Below are positions 1 through 11,720 of a DNA stretch of 64,000 nucleotides, piece after piece (positions within the stretch are counted from its first letter, which is position 1; each line of letters begins with the position of its first letter). The notes under the pieces are model-generated. The model saw only the letters and a program-made list of their open reading frames with translations, did no database searches and was not told the origin of the DNA. The stretch is from Octopus vulgaris (lineage: Eukaryota): positions 1,488,001 to 1,552,000 of the forward strand of contig OX597831.1 in NCBI GenBank assembly GCA_951406725.2, written 5' to 3'. Made by a program: the position numbers and the translations under genes.

Positions 1-16
1 TGAATTCTCTTGAAAA

Positions 17-658
17 TGGACAAAATTTAGCATAGTGGTGTTCCCAGGTACCCATTGAAAAAGGGTTTAGTCCTCTAAGATTCAGCTGGTTTCATTAAAC
101 ATTTCTTAACCCAGGATGAGTGTTGGGTTCATCACTTTGAGTCAGAAACAAAGAGACAATTCATGCAATGAAAACACCATTCTTCACCTGCTCCATAGAA
201 GACCAAAGTTGTTTCATCTTTAGGGATGGTGATGACCTCAGTTTTTTGGGGGATGCAAAAAGCATTGTGTTTATTGACTATCTTCAAAAGGAGCACGCTA
301 TCAATGGTGACTACTATGTCAACTTGCTGAGGCAGTTGCAAAAGGTTATGAAGACCAAATGCCCAAGAAAACTAGTATAAGCAGTTTTGTTTCATCAGAA
401 CAATGTTCCAGCACACAAATCCTTAGTCTCCTTACTCTCAATGGCTGTTGTGCATGACTGTAGCTTTGGACTGGTCGATCAGCCTCCTTATTCTCCTGAT
501 TTGGCCCCATCTAACTATCGTCTGTTCCCCAACATGAAAAAATATTTGGCTAGGAACCAATATTGCACTATTGATATCATACCTGCCGTTCATGACTTTT
601 TTTAACCAACAGGATGAAAGCTTCTTTGCTAAAGGGATCCAAGCACTGAAATACTGAT
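17..658 (+). mobile_element. Degenerate mariner (DD34D-type) transposase remnant
   Basis: IVFIDYLQK..INGDYYVNLL, HQNNVPAH and PPYSPDLAPSNYRLFPNMKK motifs across frameshifts. Confidence 0.88.
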
Positions 659-660
659 AA

Positions 661-866
661 ACCGGCCATATCCGGCCAAAAGTATTCTGCCTGTTTTATG
701 TTCAAACTGGCCAGATCTGGTCTCTCACACCAACCCTACAATATCATCTTAAAAATTCACAGCTACCTCATCAAAATCTCAAAGCTACAAGATAATGCAT
801 GATTAGTTCAAGGCAATGTGGCTGAAAAAGCATTAATTTTGGTAGAATAATGCGAACACTAAAGGG
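661..866. mobile_element. Truncated piggyBac-type MITE (reverse copy of the 44493-45067 family)
   Basis: Ends AAAGGG|TTAA; body is reverse-complementary to 44880-45040. Confidence 0.7.
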
Positions 867-1164
867 TTAAGGGGAACTATGTTGAAAAATAAACCTCATT
901 TCATCATGTTCCATGAGAGTATCTTGATCAGCTGATAAACTTTTCAGCTGCCCCTCATACAGTCTTAGAAATAGATAGCCACATTTGTGTAATGCTGTCT
1001 CAGCTAAATAAGATGGGATGGGGCTAAACAACACCATCACCACCACCACCACCACCACCACAACCATATCCACCCTCACTCATCAGTAGTTTGTCATATT
1101 GTATCAGAAAAATATATAATCTGATTCTTGGTATATTATGAGCCATATTCCTATATGAACTGCA

Positions 1165-1437
1165 GTGTCCCAGTCTCAGAGGAGGAGATGGTGGTGGTGC
1201 TGCAGTAACAGTGATGTTGATGATGATGATGATGGTGGTGGTGAAGGAGGAAGTGATGATAGTATTGATAATGATGAGGATGATGTCAGTGCTGGTAGTG
1301 GTGTTGGCTATGTTAGTAATGGTGAAACTGGTGACACTGATGGTTATGATGACAGTGGTAGTGGTAGTGGTGGTGGTGGTGGTGGTGGTGGTATTAATAG
1401 TGGTGATCATCACGATGGTAGTGGGGTTGGTAGTGAA
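1165..1437. repeat. GGT/GAT trinucleotide low-complexity tract
   Basis: Direct inspection; source of poly-V/G/D/T ORFs. Confidence 0.9.
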
Positions 1438-1836
1438 TGTCTTATTAACAAATAATTCACTGTCAAAATGAAGGTATTAAGGAACCACATTGTGTGTACA
1501 TGTGTGTGTGTGTGTGCGTATACATATATATATATATATATATATATAATGTGTGTGTGTTTTGGGGGGAGGGACAAACCCATCTACTTCTCCCTCCTCG
1601 CCACCACTACCACTGTAGACTTACTGTAACACATGTCTTTGAGCTATGATTGATGAATTTGCTAAGTTTTATGAAATAAGATTAGCAAATTTAAATGAAT
1701 TAATTCTGTTGGTTCACCTTCTTTGCTCTCATCTTTCATTGAAATTATCTTCCTCCAGTGTGTGTATGAATGTTTTTGTATTTGTGTGTGTTTCTCCATG
1801 AATATCTATATATAATACTTATAAAAATATATATTA

Positions 1837-1907
<71 letters not shown>

Positions 1908-1930
1908 ATGTATGTGTGTGTGTATATATA

Positions 1931-2077
1931 TCATCATCATCATCATCATCATTTAGCGTCCGTTTTCCATGCTAGCATGGGTTGGACGGTTCAACTGGGG
2001 TCTGGGGAGCCCGAAGGCTGCACCAGGCCAGTCAGATCTGGCAGTGTTTCTACAGCTGGATGCCCTTCCTAACGCCA
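1931..2077 (-). mobile_element. GAT-tailed retroposon family A, 3' fragment
   Basis: (CAT)n followed by the reverse complement of the family A 3' end. Confidence 0.85.
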
Positions 2078-2396
2078 GTATATATATATATATATACATA
2101 TTCAAGCGCAGACACATAAAAATATACATTTTTATATATACACATGTAAGCACATAGGTGCAAAACAAGGTTGGAAAAAATGTACTCAAATACCGAAGGT
2201 AGAGTAAAATAGAATGTATACATACATACATAAATATATATGCATGTATATACATATATATGCATGCACATTTGGACACACAAACACACACACATACATA
2301 TATACATACATTCATATATGTATTTGTACACACACACACACACATACGACAGTGCCCCAGCATGTCTGTGTGGTCCAATGACTGAAACGAGTGAAA

Positions 2397-2436
<40 letters not shown>

Positions 2437-2437
2437 C

Positions 2438-2887
2438 GGAATCGAAATTGAACCAATCCTATGACTAGCACCCGGCAGATGCCAGGACCCCTGGACTGGA
2501 GATACGTAAAAAGCACTATCCGAATCGTGGCCGATGCCAGCGCCACCTCGACTGGCTTCCACGTCGGTGGCACGTAAAAAGCACCATCCGAATCGTGGGC
2601 GAAGCCTGTGCCGCCTCAACTGGCTTCCGTGCAGGTGGCATGTAAAATGCACCAATCCGACCGTGGCCGATGCCAGCCTCACCTGGCACCTGTGCAGGTG
2701 GCACGTAAAAAGCACCCACTACACTCACGGAGTGGTTGGCGTTAGGAAGGGCATCCAGCTGTAGAAACATTGCCAGATAAGACCGGAGCCTGGTGCAGCC
2801 TTCTGGCTTCCCAGATCCCCGGTCGAACCGTCCAACCCATGCTAGCATGGAGAACGGACATTAAACGATGATGATGATGATGATGAT
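2438..2887 (+). mobile_element. GAT-tailed retroposon family A, long copy with four ~65-nt 5' units
   Basis: Near-identical to 46550-46923; (GAT)n tail; repeated GGCACGTAAAAAGCAC units. Confidence 0.88.
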
Positions 2888-2956
2888 ATATATCATTGTC
2901 GTCATTTAACATCTGCCTTCCATGCTAGCATGGGTGGGATGGTTTGACAGGAGCCG

Positions 2957-3017
<61 letters not shown>

Positions 3018-3849
3018 TGTGAATACCTATTTGTGTATATGAATGTGTTTGTGTCAACAGCAGCAGTTAATGTCTGTTTTCCATACTGGCATGAATTGGA
3101 CAGTTTGACAGGATTCAGTGAGTTGCAGAACTGCATCATGCTCCAAAGTCCATATTTGGCTTAGTGGTTAGGGCATTGGGCTCATGATCACAAAAGCATG
3201 GGTTCAAATCCTGGACTGGGAAGCACATTGTATTCTTTAGCAAGGAACTTCATTTCACATTACTCCAGTTTGCTCACTTTCAGCAAACTAAGCTAGAGTT
3301 TCTCCAGCTGTCATATCATCAATGTACTGTTGGGTCAAAGGCGAGAGAGCTGAGTGGATATCTATGTCTGCTCACAAAGTTAAAACATTTAGAGGAATTA
3401 CAAAACCCCCCACACTACTTGCTTTATCACCTTTCTGTGCTGTCTTTTCCTTTCTCGCTAACTCCTGATATTAATCCCTTCCATTGTCCCTGCCATACTC
3501 CCTCCTTCAACAGTGTCTACTCTATCATGCTTTTTCTCTACTACCACCTTCTCACAACTCTATATTTCTTCTCATCTTACTTTACCATCCCTCATCACCC
3601 CACCTAGAACCATCTCATCTTCTTTCTTGTATCTTTCATCAGTTATAAGGGCCCTGCAAGTTGTCAGGCCACTTCACTAGCTCTGGTGTCATAACAAATC
3701 ACCAGTACACTCTGTGAAGTAGTTAGCATCACCCAAACTGCCCCTTATACAATAACTCCAACTCTTCTGTGTTTAGCTGCTCCGTGCAAACAACCCTGCT
3801 CCCTTGTATCAGTTTATTTCAGATATTTGTCTTGAACAGGAAAAATTGT

Positions 3850-4310
3850 CAGAATTTGCCGACAATTAATAATGTCAGATCACATATCAATGATCAGAAT
3901 TTTTCATCCCTATGCAGAATTCTTTAGTACTGCCTAACATTTTAGTGTTATTAGCTTTTGAAATTGTTGGCTTCTTTCTTGAATCTCTTCATTCAGATCC
4001 AAAGTCTTTGAACACTGTTCTTTATGCAATATGGTGGCAAAACCGTAGAGTTTGCAGCCTCTCTAACAATTGCAAGTCTGTGTTTAATAACTTCCCTCTT
4101 TACTTTCTGCAGCCTTCCAGATCTCTTTTTCATTCAGTAATGCCTTGGCTATTTTAGTCATCATATTGTGATCAATACCAAAAAAATTGAGCTATATCTC
4201 AGGACTTTCCACATTGATATCACCCAGTGAATTGCATCCTGTAAATTCAGTGATATCTATTCCTATTCCCCCCAATGGTTTACATTGGTGTGTTCTTTTA
4301 AATTAAAGAT
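3850..4310 (-). mobile_element. Possible highly degenerate Tc1-like transposase N-terminal remnant
   Basis: Fragmentary IAKAL..RSGR..K and KKPTISK-like peptides on the minus strand, many disruptions. Confidence 0.35.
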
Positions 4311-4965
4311 ACAATTAATCCAAAAATGCAATTAAATTTATCTTTGTACTAGCAAAGAATATAGAATATATCTAATTAGAAAAAATATATACTGAAAGAA
4401 ATAACAGGTAGCTAAGCATTTTTTGAAAGTCACTGTCTGTGTGTACATGTATATATTTGTGAGTAAGTATGTGTGTGTATGTATGTGTGTGTATATGAGT
4501 ATATATATGTGTGCTTATACATGTGTGTGTGTTAGATATGTATATATCATATACATATGTGTGTAGATATGTATATATCTACAGTTAAATATAACAATAG
4601 TTTCTGGTTTATAAATTTCTCTCATTTTCATTTCTTTTGAACTAGCAATTGAATATCTTAGAATTGAAGGAATAGATATTAGAATGGAGAAAAAAAGGAA
4701 AACTGAAGAATGAAAAGAAGGGAAAAAAATGTAAAAGTGGAGGCAGAAGCTGATGGTGCTAAAAAAATTCCATTAGGGAGAATGGCTCAGTTTGAAATCA
4801 TGGCTGTTCTAAGTCTATTTATAGCAGAAAAGATCCACAACTTGATGTATGTATAGGATTCAACAGAGAATACATAAAAGGGAAGTGAAGTGGACTATTG
4901 AAATATGTAGGGAAAATATACAAGTTAATATAAAAGCTGGTACAAAAAATATCATATAATAATAA

Positions 4966-5990
4966 TTATTTCTATTCTAGGCATAAGGCCTTGAACATTT
5001 TGGGGGAAGGGGGTTAGTCAATTACATCAACCCCAGTGTGTAACTGGTACTTATTTCATCAATCTCAAAAGGATAAAAGGCAAAGTCAATCTTGGTGGAA
5101 TTTGACAGACAAAATACCACTAAGCATTTTGCCCAGCATGCAAACAATTCTGCCAGCTTGCCACATGAAATCTTGTGAGAAGGAACTAGTCAATTGCATT
5201 GACCTCAGTGTTTCACTGGTACTTAATTTATTCATATTGAAAGGATGAAAGGTAAAGTTGATCTCGGCAGAATTTGAACTCAGAACATAGCGGCAGGCAA
5301 AATACTGCTAAACATTTCATCCAGGATGCTAATGATTCTGCCAGTGGGCTATTCAACCTGAAGGAAATTCCAACTGAGCCCCATTCTGCAAGGTCATGCG
5401 CTGCTTATCTTGATATTAGGTCACTGTGTTGTGAACATATGGTTGTGACGCATATGCCTAGTGTACCCTTATCAGACAGGTAATCATGATGGATATATTT
5501 GTATATTTGTACCTCAGTACCGCTTTGATGGCATGTGCTGCTCTCTCACTCAATGATAATGATAATAATCCTTTCTATTATAGGCACAAGGGCTGAAATT
5601 TGGGGGAAGGGGACTGATTGATTACATTGGCCCCAGTATTTGACTGGTACATATTTTATTGATCCCAAAAGGATGAAATGCCACTAAGCATTTTGTCTGG
5701 CATACTAACAATCCTGCAAACTTACCACTTTAATAATAATTCTTCCTAATTTGGACACAAGGCCAGCAATTTTTTGCAGAAGTGGGTATGTCAATTTATC
5801 AACCCTGAAAAGATGAAAGGCAGAGTTGATCTCACTAGGGTTTGAACTCAGAATGTAATTAAGTGGAAGAACTGTTACTAATGATTCTGCCAGCTCACCA
5901 CCTTAATAATAATAATAATAATAATAATCTTTTCTACTAAAGGCACAAGGCCTGAAATTTTGGTGGGAGGGAACTAGTTGATTACATTGA
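4966..5990 (-). mobile_element. Cluster of partial SINE family C copies
   Basis: Repeated reverse complements of GCCTTTCATCCTTT..GATAAAATAAGTACCAG and TTGTGCC..TATT tails. Confidence 0.75.
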
Positions 5991-6660
5991 CCAATGCAAT
6001 AAGTGTGTGAATCTGAGAGGAAAATATGTTCAATAAAATCGTTATTAACTGATCCTCCTGTATTTTCTTTTACCATATGTCAGGAACTTTTCAGCACCCC
6101 TTGTGTATACACACACACACATATATATACATACATACATACAAGGTGCTTTCAAAAAGTATCCACCTTTTTTCTGCCAAAACTAATGTCACATGAGCAA
6201 AATTCTTTGAGTGGGTGGTGACACCACTTTTCCTGTGCATGTGTGAAAATTATCACACCAGTAGGCTGCGGCAGTTCCTGGCTATCATGCCTAGAGTACA
6301 GACATGTAGTGTGTTCTCACTGGATTTTCATTCCATGAAGGTTGAAAGACAGTGTTGCTCTTCTTGGGATTTGACTTCAGAGTGTAAAGCATCATAACCA
6401 AATATCAAAATACATTTCGTTTTACACGCTAAGAATTCTGAAAATACAATATAATAAAATATTAAGAAATAAGAGTCAATGGGCATGTTGCACACACACC
6501 CACACACAGTCTATTTCTGTCTGTCTGTCTCTGTCTGTCTGTCTCTCTCTCTCCTTCAAAGTATAAGTGTGTCTATATAGTTGGGTTTGTACATTTACTT
6601 TTATGTATAAATCTGTTTATCTATTGTTTGTACTGGCCTAATTTCAGCATTCTATCTATA

Positions 6661-7763
6661 CAGTAGCAACCATAATATGAGGATCAGTGAGAACAAGTGT
6701 ATTGAAATAGTTATTATAGAAGATTAACAACACGAGACTAGATATTTCACACATATTTAGATATATCTAATATCTATCTTTCGTGAAAATTTCAAGTGAA
6801 TGAAATAAATATTTCTTAAGTTATGAGGAAATAAACAAACAATCTTCCAAATTGCCGCAGCCAAAATTTAATGATCACTTAGAAAAAATGAACTACTAAC
6901 CGAGATATTTATTGTTTAGAAGACTGTTAATGGGCTAACAGTTACTTCTTATGATCTTACATTATTGAACGTTCAACTGTCAACATGGTGGCTTGTTAGA
7001 GATGACCAGTGTCCTGTGATGCAAAACAAAAGATTGTATGCCTTCACCAAGAGGGCAAGTCGAATTCTGTGATAGCAACTACTGTAGGAAGGTCTAGAAA
7101 TGTTGTACAATGAACTGTAGCTCATTTTTAAGTCATCACGGTCAACAGATGCTAAACCCAAAACTGCTAGACCTTGTGAAACTTCATCAAGACAGGATCA
7201 TATTATTGGTTAGAATGTCACTGAAGGATAGGTTTGAGAGTGCTGCTGAGATATCCTGCAAGTTTAGCTCCACTTCCGATGTCAATGTATCACACAAAAC
7301 AGTTTCTCAGAGGTTACAAGGTTCTGGGTTGCTCGCTCAAGCACCAGCAAAGAAAGCTCTGATCTCCAAGAAGAATCAAAGAGCCCTTCTTCGTTTCACT
7401 CACAAACATGTCATTTGGACAAGAAATTAATTCAGTCCTGTAGTAACAGATGTCAGGAGGTCATGATAGTAAAGGGATGTTCATAAAAATATTAATTGTA
7501 AGGGTTTCTTTTGTGTTCTTGTTTCATTTTTCATTGTTTTTCTTAGTGACCCTTAATTTTTGGCTGTTGCAGTTTGAAAGATTATTTGTTATTTCCTCAT
7601 AATTTATAAAATATTTATTCCATTCACTTGAAAGTTTCACGAAAGATAGATATTAAATATATCTAAACATGTGTAAAATATCTAGTCTCAACATTTTGTT
7701 AATCTGTAATAAATATTGCAATACACTTGTTCTTACTGGCCCTTTATATTATGCCCGCTACTG
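6661..7763 (+). mobile_element. Internally deleted Tc1 element with ~230-bp IR/DR-type terminal inverted repeats
   Basis: TA|CAGTAGC at 6661 and GCTACTG at 7757-7763; 6661-6890 is complementary to ~7530-7763; HTH remnant SHKTVSQRLQGSGL...KKALISKKNQRALLRF (7110-7430). Confidence 0.9.
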
Positions 7764-8027
7764 TGTGTGTGTGTGTGTGTGTGCATGTATGTATGTATGT
7801 ATGTGTGTATGTATGTTTGTGTATGTATGTATATGTATGTATGTGTATGTATGTATATGCATATGTATACATATGTATATATATGTATGTATATGTACAT
7901 ATATATATATGTGTAATTATATATATATATGTGTGTGTGTATATGTATATATGTGTGTGTGTATACGTATATATATGTATGTATATGTATATATATGGGG
8001 GGTGTATATTTATATACATACATACAC

Positions 8028-8085
<58 letters not shown>

Positions 8086-8100
8086 GTATATATATACCCA
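7764..8100. repeat. Compound (TG)n/(TATG)n/(TA)n microsatellite
   Basis: Direct inspection. Confidence 0.95.
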
Positions 8101-8612
8101 CATACATTGTATGTGTGTTATTTATCATCACTGTTGTCATTGCTGCTGTTATATATTATTGTCATTATTTATTTTAATCTTTTAAATGAATTCTTTTGAG
8201 TCTTCACTGAATGAATCAAGTCGACAATAAATTGTTTAAGACTTCTGTCAAATGTATTGAAATAACATTTCACAAGCCAAAAGCTGATTGCAGAAGCAAA
8301 TTCTTTGTTCTCAGATCAAATTTAAAGATAGTTTTCATTTTGACATGTTCACCAAATAAATAGCTGTTTGGAATTTATTTTGTGTACATTATGTATTGGA
8401 CAAGTATTGCTACTTAATTACATTACTTTTCCAGGATTTTATATATGTCTCTGTAAAGATTTTATGAGCAGTAGCTTTTGGTATTTAATATATATATATG
8501 TATATACTAGTTTAGTAGGAATTGTAATTGTGGCAGTGACTGTTTCATGTTGCTAGGAAGTAATCAACACAGTAGAGTGTGATACACACACACACACACA
8601 CATATATATATA

Positions 8613-8787
8613 GGGAGAATTCACAAAAAACAAAAGATGAAGACAGGTGGTGTAGATAACAAACAGATGTATTAGTATAACGCTCGGTAAGTGAAAAAGT
8701 CGTTAATGTTTCGAGCCTACACTCTTCTACAGAAAGGAACACAGAAAGAAACAAGGAGAGAAAATAAAGAATGTGTAGTGGCTAGCG
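8613..8787 (-). mobile_element. Penelope-like terminal-repeat fragment with degenerate hammerhead-like motif
   Basis: Reverse complement of 9367-9546; TA-flanked; minus strand reads CTGTAGAAGAGTGTAGGCTCGAAAC. Confidence 0.65.
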
Positions 8788-8853
8788 TATATATATATAT
8801 ATATACATACACACACACACACATACATACATACATACATACATACATACATA

Positions 8854-9051
8854 CAAGAGAGTGCTGAAAACTTCCTTGCTTTAAAGGTACCGTGAAGGGC
8901 CTGGTTTGGAGCCCCAACCTTCCAAGTTGTTTTACAGGACTTAGAAAACCTGAAGGACCACTGCAATAAGTGTGTTAATAAAATCATAATTAACTGATCC
9001 TCCTGTATTTTCTTTTATCCAAAGCCAGGAACTTTTCAGCACCACTCATGT
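8854..9051. mobile_element. Tc1/mariner-type MITE (~200 bp)
   Basis: TIRs GTGCTGAAAACTTCCTTGCTTT / AAAGCCAGGAACTTTTCAGCAC; related copies at 57709-57913 and ~5996-6105. Confidence 0.75.
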
Positions 9052-9327
9052 AGATGCACACACACATCTAAATACAAGCACAGGCATAGCTTGTACAGAA
9101 CTTTGGGCAAATATCTTTCCCTATAGCCATTGACCAGCCTTGTGATTAAATATGGGATGGAAACTATATGAACCCTACTGTGTGTGTGTGTGTGTGTGTG
9201 TGCATGTTATTCATGGAAGCAGGTGAGGATTGGCAACAGAAAGAGCATCCAGCCATAGAAAATCTGCCTCAACAAATTCCATCCCATCCATAAAAGAACA
9301 AAAAAGTAGATGTTAAAATGTTGATAA

Positions 9328-9362
<35 letters not shown>

Positions 9363-9366
9363 AGAT

Positions 9367-9546
9367 CGTTAGCTACTACACGCATTTTTTTCTCTCCTTG
9401 TTTTTATCTGTGTATCTTTCTGTCGAAGAGCGTAGGCTCGAAACGTAAAAGACTTTTTCTATTCCTGAGCGCTCCGCTATACTAATACATTTGTTTGTTT
9501 GTACTCCACCTGCCTTCGTCTTTTGTTTATTTTCGTAAACTTTCCC
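9367..9546 (+). mobile_element. Penelope-like terminal-repeat fragment in a (TA)n tract
   Basis: Second copy of 8613-8787; a third partial copy at ~17825-17900. Confidence 0.65.
9415..9452 (+). ncRNA. Minimal type I hammerhead-ribozyme-like motif (variant core)
   Basis: TCTTT-CTGTCGA-A-GAGC gtag GCTC-GAAA-C-GTA-AAAGA: stem I TCTTT/AAAGA, stem II GAGC/GCTC, palindromic ACGT stem III; U in place of A6 and one extra A. Confidence 0.5.
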
Positions 9547-9548
9547 TT

Positions 9549-9614
<66 letters not shown>

Positions 9615-10068
9615 CAGCATGGGCTTCTACCAAATCCACTTACATTGATCAGCCCAAGGTACCATGTAGCGGGACTGAAACTTTGTGGTTGCAAAACAAA
9701 CTTCTCATCTCCATACCTATTGCTGCACCTCACACACACATGCAAAGAGATAAAAAAAAAAAAGCTGTAAACTTGTATGCATCCAATCTGGTATATTGAT
9801 AATAGAATAAATAGTGTCTTCATTTGACAGAATTTTCAGAGCATCAGACAAGATGCTCTGGAGTAATGGCTCAGGTTCTTTATAGTCTGTATTCAAATCC
9901 AGCCAAGTTGTACTTTACCTTTCATTCTTCCAGAATTAACAAAGTACCAGTTATGTACTGGAGCCAGTGTAATGAACTAACATGCTCCCTTCTACTTAAA
10001 TTTGAGACCTTCTGCCTGCCTGTAATAGAAACAACCACCATCATCATCATCATCATCATTATAGTAAT

Positions 10069-10280
10069 AAGGTAGTGAGCTGGCAGAATTGTTAGCCTAC
10101 GGGACAAAATACTTAGCAGCATTTTGTCTGTCTCTACGTTGTGTTCAAATTTTACTGAGATTGACTTTGCCTTTCATCCTTTTGGGTTTGATAAAATGAA
10201 TACCAGTTGAGTACTGGGGTCAATGTAATTGACTATCCCTCTTCCCCAAAATTTCAGGCCTTGTGCCTATAGTAGAAAGA
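10069..10280 (+). mobile_element. tRNA-derived SINE family C
   Basis: GAGCTGGCAGAAT head, GTTCAAAT B-box-like motif, GCCTTTCATCCTTT..GATAAAATGAATACC domain, (TTA)n tail; copies at 40982-41428 and 42653-42872. Confidence 0.8.
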
Positions 10281-10283
10281 AGA

Positions 10284-10327
<44 letters not shown>

Positions 10328-10718
10328 CTGAGTTCGGATTCTGCCCTTGTCAACTTTGCCTTTCATCCTTTCAGGCTTGGTTGACGAAATGAGTACCAGT
10401 TGAGTATTGGGATCAGTATAATCAAATGACTAACCCTCTCCCTTAAAAACTTAAGGCATTGTACCTATAGTAGAAAGAACTATTATTATTATTATTATTT
10501 ATTGTATTATCTTTGATCATGCTTTGTAACCATTGCGATTACATTACTTTAAATGTAAAGGTTTAACTATAATACTCCATGTTCTTATTAACATTCTGGC
10601 TAAAATTTTGAGAATTTAATGTTTTCTGTTCTAGTCTGCAGGCCTGATTGGCTCCAAAAACTGGTTAATAGATTATACTGAAAGGTGTTTAATGAACCCT
10701 AACAAACACACACCCACA

Positions 10719-10771
<53 letters not shown>

Positions 10772-11385
10772 ATTTAATAGTATAGAAAAATTGTATGTGT
10801 GTGTTGTATCACTAGGAAGGAGCAATATTGCATGCAGGTCAAAGCACCACCACTACATAGATGCCTCCCCATTGTCCTTGGCAGTGTTTTGTGTGTGGCA
10901 GGATATTAGATATAGGAGTGGGTGGATAAAAATCCTGAGCTAGAAGTCAAAGGGAATGTTGGATCAAATCACTGCTGGAATTCTAGGTGGTCTGAGGGAA
11001 CCTGAGGAAATTTCTTTTTATAAATTTGCCTTTTTGGTATGAAAATTACTGAAGAAATATTTCAATGCTAGATATTCTTCCAAATGAAACCCCCTGAATC
11101 ATAGAAAGAGATCTTACTGGGTATTGATATATCATTTTGTTGCTGTTGATCCTGACCATACTGCTTTATGATAAAAGGCCATCATCAATAACCATCCCAA
11201 CTATTTTTGTATATAATGTACCCTTAACTACATTGTCTAATGTGTCTTACATATTCCCTTTTTTTATTTAGTAGTTTGAGGAATATTTGACTGCTGTTTC
11301 CGACAGATCTAGGACTCTCTGATTGGGTCAAAGTGTTTTATCAATGTATGTAGCAATCCGAATTCTGTGCACAATTTGCTGCAGT

Positions 11386-11468
11386 CTGAATGCTCTGCAC
11401 AATTTGCTGCAGTCTGAATGCTGTGCACAATTTTCTGTAGTCTGAATGCTACACATTTTACTGCAGTC
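11386..11468. repeat. 28-bp minisatellite, ~3 copies
   Basis: TGCACAATTTGCTGCAGTCTGAATGCT(C/G) repeated. Confidence 0.85.
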
Positions 11469-11519
11469 CTACTTGATTTTTTGTATCCAAGGCTGTAATA
11501 ATAGCTGTAATAGTGATGA

Positions 11520-11720
11520 CTATTGTTGCTGTTTTTGTTTGCCCCAGGTCAACTCAGATTGATCAACAGTCTTCCAACTGTGACCATCCATAAGTATATC
11601 TAAAGATATACACTATCTTTTATTGACCTTCACTTTTAAGATAAGGGGTTTTGACTTGAAGGAGATTTGGCTGCTATTTGTACCATGTTATGTTATCCTT
11701 TAAAAACTGCCTTGTTGGCT
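11520..11720. mobile_element. Dispersed ~200-bp repeat family D (representative copy)
   Basis: CCCCAGGTCA..GTGACCATCC..GGAGATTTGGCTGCTATTT; diverged copies near 11140, 16200-16590 (rev), 20350, 30330, 30770, 43800, 51500-51860, 53555, 60060. Confidence 0.65.

Noticed and set aside
1024-1471. Poly-T/V/G/D ORFs (also 15362-15898, 20552-21258, 30931-31351)
   Set aside because: Translations of trinucleotide low-complexity tracts that are open in several frames; no splice context or domain.
2490-2720. CRISPR-like or coding interpretation of the family A unit array
   Set aside because: Whole units repeat with no unique spacers, there are no cas genes, the context is eukaryotic, and overlapping ORFs differ in frame between copies.
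7669-8199. Long YI/CV/HT-rich ORFs (many similar across the window)
   Set aside because: Dinucleotide microsatellite artefacts.
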